A stretch of DNA of 64,000 nt, taken from a bacterium (lineage in GTDB: Bacteria; Zhuqueibacterota; Zhuqueibacteria; Residuimicrobiales; Krinioviventaceae). The stretch is from assembly GCA_963674595.2 (NCBI GenBank), contig CAXXFV010000006.1, positions 32,001 through 96,000 of the forward strand, read 5' to 3'. A program made the position numbers and the translations under genes. The notes under the pieces are model-generated. The model was not told the origin of the DNA. It searched no databases and saw nothing but the letters and a program-made list of their open reading frames with translations. How positions within the stretch are numbered: position 1 is the stretch's first letter; each line of letters starts with the position of its first letter. Shown piece by piece: positions 60,190 through 64,000 of this stretch.

Positions 60190-60286
60190 TTTAATCCAAT
60201 TTATAAAAATTTTATGGAATAAACGCTTGATTTCTTGGTACAAATTTTGTAATTCTAAGATGCGAATTTAATATAAGGACGCATGC

Positions 60287-61660
60287 ATGAGTATATCACT
60301 AGGTAAAATTTTAATCGTTGATGATAATGAAGACATTTTATTCGCGGGTCGGCTGTTGTTAAAAGAGTATGCCTCATTGATACATACGGAAAAAGACCCG
60401 GAAATGATACCAACTTTATTAAAAAATGAAAACTATGATCTGGTTTTGCTGGATATGAATTTCACCCAGGACGTGACAAGCGGCTCTGAGGGATTTTTTT
60501 GGTTAAAGAAAATTTTAGAACTGGACCCTGGTATTGTTGTAATTTTGATAACAGCCTATGGTGATGTTGAAATGGCGGTTCGGGCCATTAAAGAAGGGGC
60601 AACTGATTTTGTTTTAAAACCCTGGCAAAATGAAAAACTGCTGGCAACCTTGTCTGCAGCCATGAATTTACGCAGGTCCATGGTAGAAGTGGACCGGTTG
60701 AAAAATCGTCAAAAACAGTTTTATGACGACATGGACCAGCGTTATCATGATATGATCGGTGTTAGTCCCGGTATGCAGCAGGTGTTTAATAGCATCGACA
60801 AGGTGGCAGAAACGGACGCCAATGTTCTTATTCTTGGAGAAAACGGCACCGGCAAAGAACTGGTTGCCAGGGCATTGCACCGGCAATCGGGCCGTTCTAA
60901 TGAAGCTTTTATTAGTGTGGATATGGGGGCTATTACCGAAACCCTGTTTGAGAGTGAACTGTTCGGGCATGTAAAAGGAGCTTATACGGACGCCCGGCAG
61001 GACCGCATCGGCCGTTTTGAACTGGCAGCCGGCGGTACGTTGTTTTTGGATGAAATTGGTAATTTATCCATGGCCCAACAGGCCAAATTATTAAGGGTCC
61101 TGGAAGAGCGTCAGGTTACTCGTATCGGTTCGAACAAATCCATTCCCATTGACATTCGTTTGATTTGTGCGACAAACATGCCCATTTATGAAATGGTCGC
61201 CCAAAAAGAGTTCCGCCAGGATTTGCTGTATCGTATCAATACCGTTGAAATTCATTTGCCGCCGCTTCGGGAACGCGTTCAGGACATTCCCTTGCTTGTA
61301 GACCACTTTTTGCAGATTAATAGTAAAAAATATAAAAAGAACATTTCAGGAACAAGTCCGGCTACCTTGAAGAAATTACAAACCTATCAATGGCCGGGAA
61401 ATATCCGGGAACTGCGGCATTCGATAGAGCGGGCTGTTATAATGAGTGATTCTGTGATTTTACAACCCCCGGATTTTTTGCTGACGGATGTTTCCGAAGA
61501 AGAAGGTATTGTTCTTGACGGTTATGATTTGGAAAAAGTAGAAAAAACCGTTATTCGTAAAGTATTGCTGGCAAACCATGATAATATTTCCCATGCCGCC
61601 AAAGAACTGGGAATTACCCGGACCGCATTATACCGACGGATGAAAAAATATGGGCTTTAA
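60287..61660 (+). CDS. Sigma54-dependent (NtrC-family) response regulator
   Basis: Receiver domain (VDD, LLDMN, TAYG, KPW), GENGTGKE, ESELFGH.KGAYTDA, FLDEIG, WPGNIREL, Fis-type HTH. Confidence 0.96.
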   Translation: MSISLGKILIVDDNEDILFAGRLLLKEYASLIHTEKDPEMIPTLLKNENYDLVLLDMNFTQDVTSGSEGFFWLKKILELDPGIVVILITAYGDVEMAVRAIKEGATDFVLKPWQNEKLLATLSAAMNLRRSMVEVDRLKNRQKQFYDDMDQRYHDMIGVSPGMQQVFNSIDKVAETDANVLILGENGTGKELVARALHRQSGRSNEAFISVDMGAITETLFESELFGHVKGAYTDARQDRIGRFELAAGGTLFLDEIGNLSMAQQAKLLRVLEERQVTRIGSNKSIPIDIRLICATNMPIYEMVAQKEFRQDLLYRINTVEIHLPPLRERVQDIPLLVDHFLQINSKKYKKNISGTSPATLKKLQTYQWPGNIRELRHSIERAVIMSDSVILQPPDFLLTDVSEEEGIVLDGYDLEKVEKTVIRKVLLANHDNISHAAKELGITRTALYRRMKKYGL

Positions 61661-63002
61661 AAACTTTCGTTTTCAATGTTTGTGGCGTTTGTTTTTCATT
61701 TTTTTGTCCCTGACGGCAACCACCTATTTTTTAACCCAGACAAAACTTTATGCCACGGTCATTATATTTGTGTTTATTATTGCTCTGCAGCTTTATAACC
61801 TGTTTTTATATGTTCAAAAAACAAATATTGAGTTGAAACGTTTTCTGGAATCAATTCGTCATTCAGATTTTTCAACCAGCTTTACACGGTATGAATCCGA
61901 TGTCGGTTTCGGGGATTTGTATGATGAATTTAATCTGGTCATCAAACAGTTTCAAAAGGCACGTTCCGAAAAGGAAGAACAATACCGCTACCTGCAAACC
62001 GTGGTTCAACATATCGGCACCGGACTTTTTGCCTTTAAAGCCACCGGCGAAATCGATCTGATCAACAATGCTGCCAGACGTCTGCTGAAAATTCCTCATG
62101 CCCGGCACATTAAACAATTGCAGCAATCCTGTCCTGAACTGGCGGAAAAAATTTTGCAGCTCCGTTCCGGGCAAAAAACTCTTGTAAAGCTTTATATTGA
62201 AAACGAATTTTTACAGCTCACTGTTTATGCAACAGAATTTGTTTTACATCAGCAAAAATATAAACTGGTTTCCCTTTCCAATATTCAAAGTGAACTGGAA
62301 GAGAAGGAAATGGAAGCCTGGCAAAACCTGATCCGGGTACTGACACATGAAATTATGAACTCGATTACGCCCATATCTTCACTGGCGTCAACCACCACTA
62401 AAATTGTCGGCAAACATTTGGATAAATTCGATCATCCCAGCGATGCTGCTGAGGATTTTCAGGATGTCTTACAGGCTATCCAAACCATTGAAAAGCGAAG
62501 TAATAACCTGCTGCACTTTGTACAAAATTATCGCAAGCTTACCAAAATACCGGCGCCTGATTTTAAAATATTTCAGATTTCAGAACTGTTTGCCCAGGTG
62601 AATCAGCTTGTACGTGCGCAGATGCAGCAGTTTGGAATTCAGTACCAATGCTCCATCGATCCCGAATCTTTGGAACTGACGGCTGATCCGGGTTTGCTGG
62701 AACAGGTATTGTTAAATTTGTTGAAAAATGCCGTCGAAGCTGTTCAGGGACAAACGGCGCCTGTTGTTGAACTAGATGCCGGTCTTGATGGCACAGGCAG
62801 ACCCTTTATTCGTGTTTCCGACAATGGTTATGGCATTCAAAAAGACGCCATGAAAAATATGTTTATTCCGTTTTTTACCACCAAAAAGGAAGGCTCCGGT
62901 ATCGGTCTTTCGTTATCCCGGCAGATCATGCGCCAGCATGGCGGTGCTATTCAGGTGGTTTCTGTTCCCAATGAAAAGACTGTTTTTACCCTGCGGTTTT
63001 GA
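61650..63002 (+). CDS. Sensor histidine kinase (2 TM, PAS-like, HisKA, HATPase)
   Basis: LTHEIMNS H-box, NLLKNA, DNGYGI, FIPFFTTK, GSGIGL; overlaps the regulator stop. Confidence 0.95.
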   Translation: MGFKNFRFQCLWRLFFIFLSLTATTYFLTQTKLYATVIIFVFIIALQLYNLFLYVQKTNIELKRFLESIRHSDFSTSFTRYESDVGFGDLYDEFNLVIKQFQKARSEKEEQYRYLQTVVQHIGTGLFAFKATGEIDLINNAARRLLKIPHARHIKQLQQSCPELAEKILQLRSGQKTLVKLYIENEFLQLTVYATEFVLHQQKYKLVSLSNIQSELEEKEMEAWQNLIRVLTHEIMNSITPISSLASTTTKIVGKHLDKFDHPSDAAEDFQDVLQAIQTIEKRSNNLLHFVQNYRKLTKIPAPDFKIFQISELFAQVNQLVRAQMQQFGIQYQCSIDPESLELTADPGLLEQVLLNLLKNAVEAVQGQTAPVVELDAGLDGTGRPFIRVSDNGYGIQKDAMKNMFIPFFTTKKEGSGIGLSLSRQIMRQHGGAIQVVSVPNEKTVFTLRF

Positions 63003-63074
63003 ATTTTAGATTTTGATTTAAATTAAATTTGATGAGGAATTTAATCCAGATTCCTTTGTAACGTACCTAATTAT

Positions 63075-63461
63075 TTATTCTCCTGTATTAAAAAGCCAAT
63101 TCCTGGCATCCTCTTCATTATCAAATATTTTAACCGGAAAACCGCGATTCGATGCCACTGTTGCAGCAAAAACATTATCCTGCCGTGATTGTTCGTTAAG
63201 GTCTACGACAGCCAGTTGAAATTTACGACTCCAACCGACTGCATCGGGATTTTTTGCGCCATAATATGCTTTCATGATAGGCAACCGTCCCGTAAGGTTT
63301 AAAATAGCCAATATTTTATGGATTGACTTTTCATGGCACATTTTCATTACACGTATCCAGACGTTGGTCATAATTTCTGTTTCCTGCCCTGGTATTCGGT
63401 CCCCTGATACTTTAACCAGAATATAATTTTCTTCTTCCTGTATGATAACATTGTCCGTCAT
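63075..63461 (-). CDS. Hypothetical protein, STAS/SEC14 (SpoIIAA-like) type
   Basis: C-terminal A.NRG..VKIF.NEEDA.NWL pattern; GGAG RBS. Confidence 0.6.
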   Translation of the reverse strand: MTDNVIIQEEENYILVKVSGDRIPGQETEIMTNVWIRVMKMCHEKSIHKILAILNLTGRLPIMKAYYGAKNPDAVGWSRKFQLAVVDLNEQSRQDNVFAATVASNRGFPVKIFDNEEDARNWLFNTGE

Positions 63462-63784
63462 TGAAACTCCTCATATATTTCACAAACATTGACAGGAAAT
63501 AATATACATAATTTGTTATCTTGTACATGCCGACTTTTTTTTCTGCCAAATTTAATATGCATTATTTAAATCATTATCTTTATACAGTTATTTCACAAAC
63601 CTCCGGCTTGATAAAATCCCTGAAATTATTTCAATACCGACGATAATATTGACAACCCGATAACTTTTAATATTCAATTTTATTATCTGTTACATAGAAC
63701 TTTATTCTTTAAAGATATATTTCAAAAATATTAATGACTGTTAAGAAAGTTTTGTGGCTTTTTTACCAGTAAAGCCATTTAATT

Positions 63785-64000
63785 TTATTTCTTTTTCTTA
63801 TACTTGTTTATTATTAACAGTGTGAGGCAGGTAAATAGCAGAATCCCAAGGTAGCTAAAGAGTAAATCGATTATAGAAAAATTTCGTGTTTTTATAAAAT
63901 ATTGAGAAATTTCTTCAATCGTTATTAAAATAGTTATGATAAAGGCAGCTCTAGATGCCCGTTTCTTTTGTATATCAAAAGATTGTTTTATAATCAATAT
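63785..64000 (-). CDS. VanZ-like membrane protein, C-terminal part (start beyond window end)
   Basis: IEEISQYFI.TRNFS..DLL..YLG motif. Confidence 0.65.
   Translation of the reverse strand: MLIIKQSFDIQKKRASRAAFIITILITIEEISQYFIKTRNFSIIDLLFSYLGILLFTCLTLLIINKYKKKK

Overview
Bacterial, AT-rich DNA. The gene content suggests an FCB-group lineage such as KSB1 or Calditrichota; this is inference only. The window has two halves. Positions 1-26.6 kb are housekeeping genes, mostly on the + strand: polX, CPBP protease, mltG, pcrA/uvrD, a giant TPR protein, nadC, an atypical ClpX-like ATPase, nitroreductase, uvrC, radA, tgt, yajC, frameshifted fmt, rsmB, a PASTA protein, rpe, a cold-shock protein, xerD, birA and coaX, then rnfB-like plus NifU-like genes on the - strand. 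Positions 26.8-60.0 kb form one ~33 kb minus-strand run of 17 genes: a membrane-fusion adaptor, a four-helix-bundle-like protein, an ABC ATPase, 11 tandem ~800-aa internally duplicated MacB/FtsX-type permeases with an esterase and an S41-like peptidase interspersed, and a second, frameshifted ABC ATPase ending at a terminator. A sigma54 -24/-12 promoter and a perfect 18-bp palindrome lie upstream, and a sigma54-dependent response regulator/kinase pair is transcribed divergently. The most notable signal is that the central permease genes, otherwise highly divergent, share nearly identical ~180-nt 3' ends (4 mismatches between two copies; a 37-nt core identical in three). This suggests a cassette-like permease array that is expanded or shuffled by recombination at a constant C-terminal module. 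No rRNA, tRNA, CRISPR array or transposase was seen.
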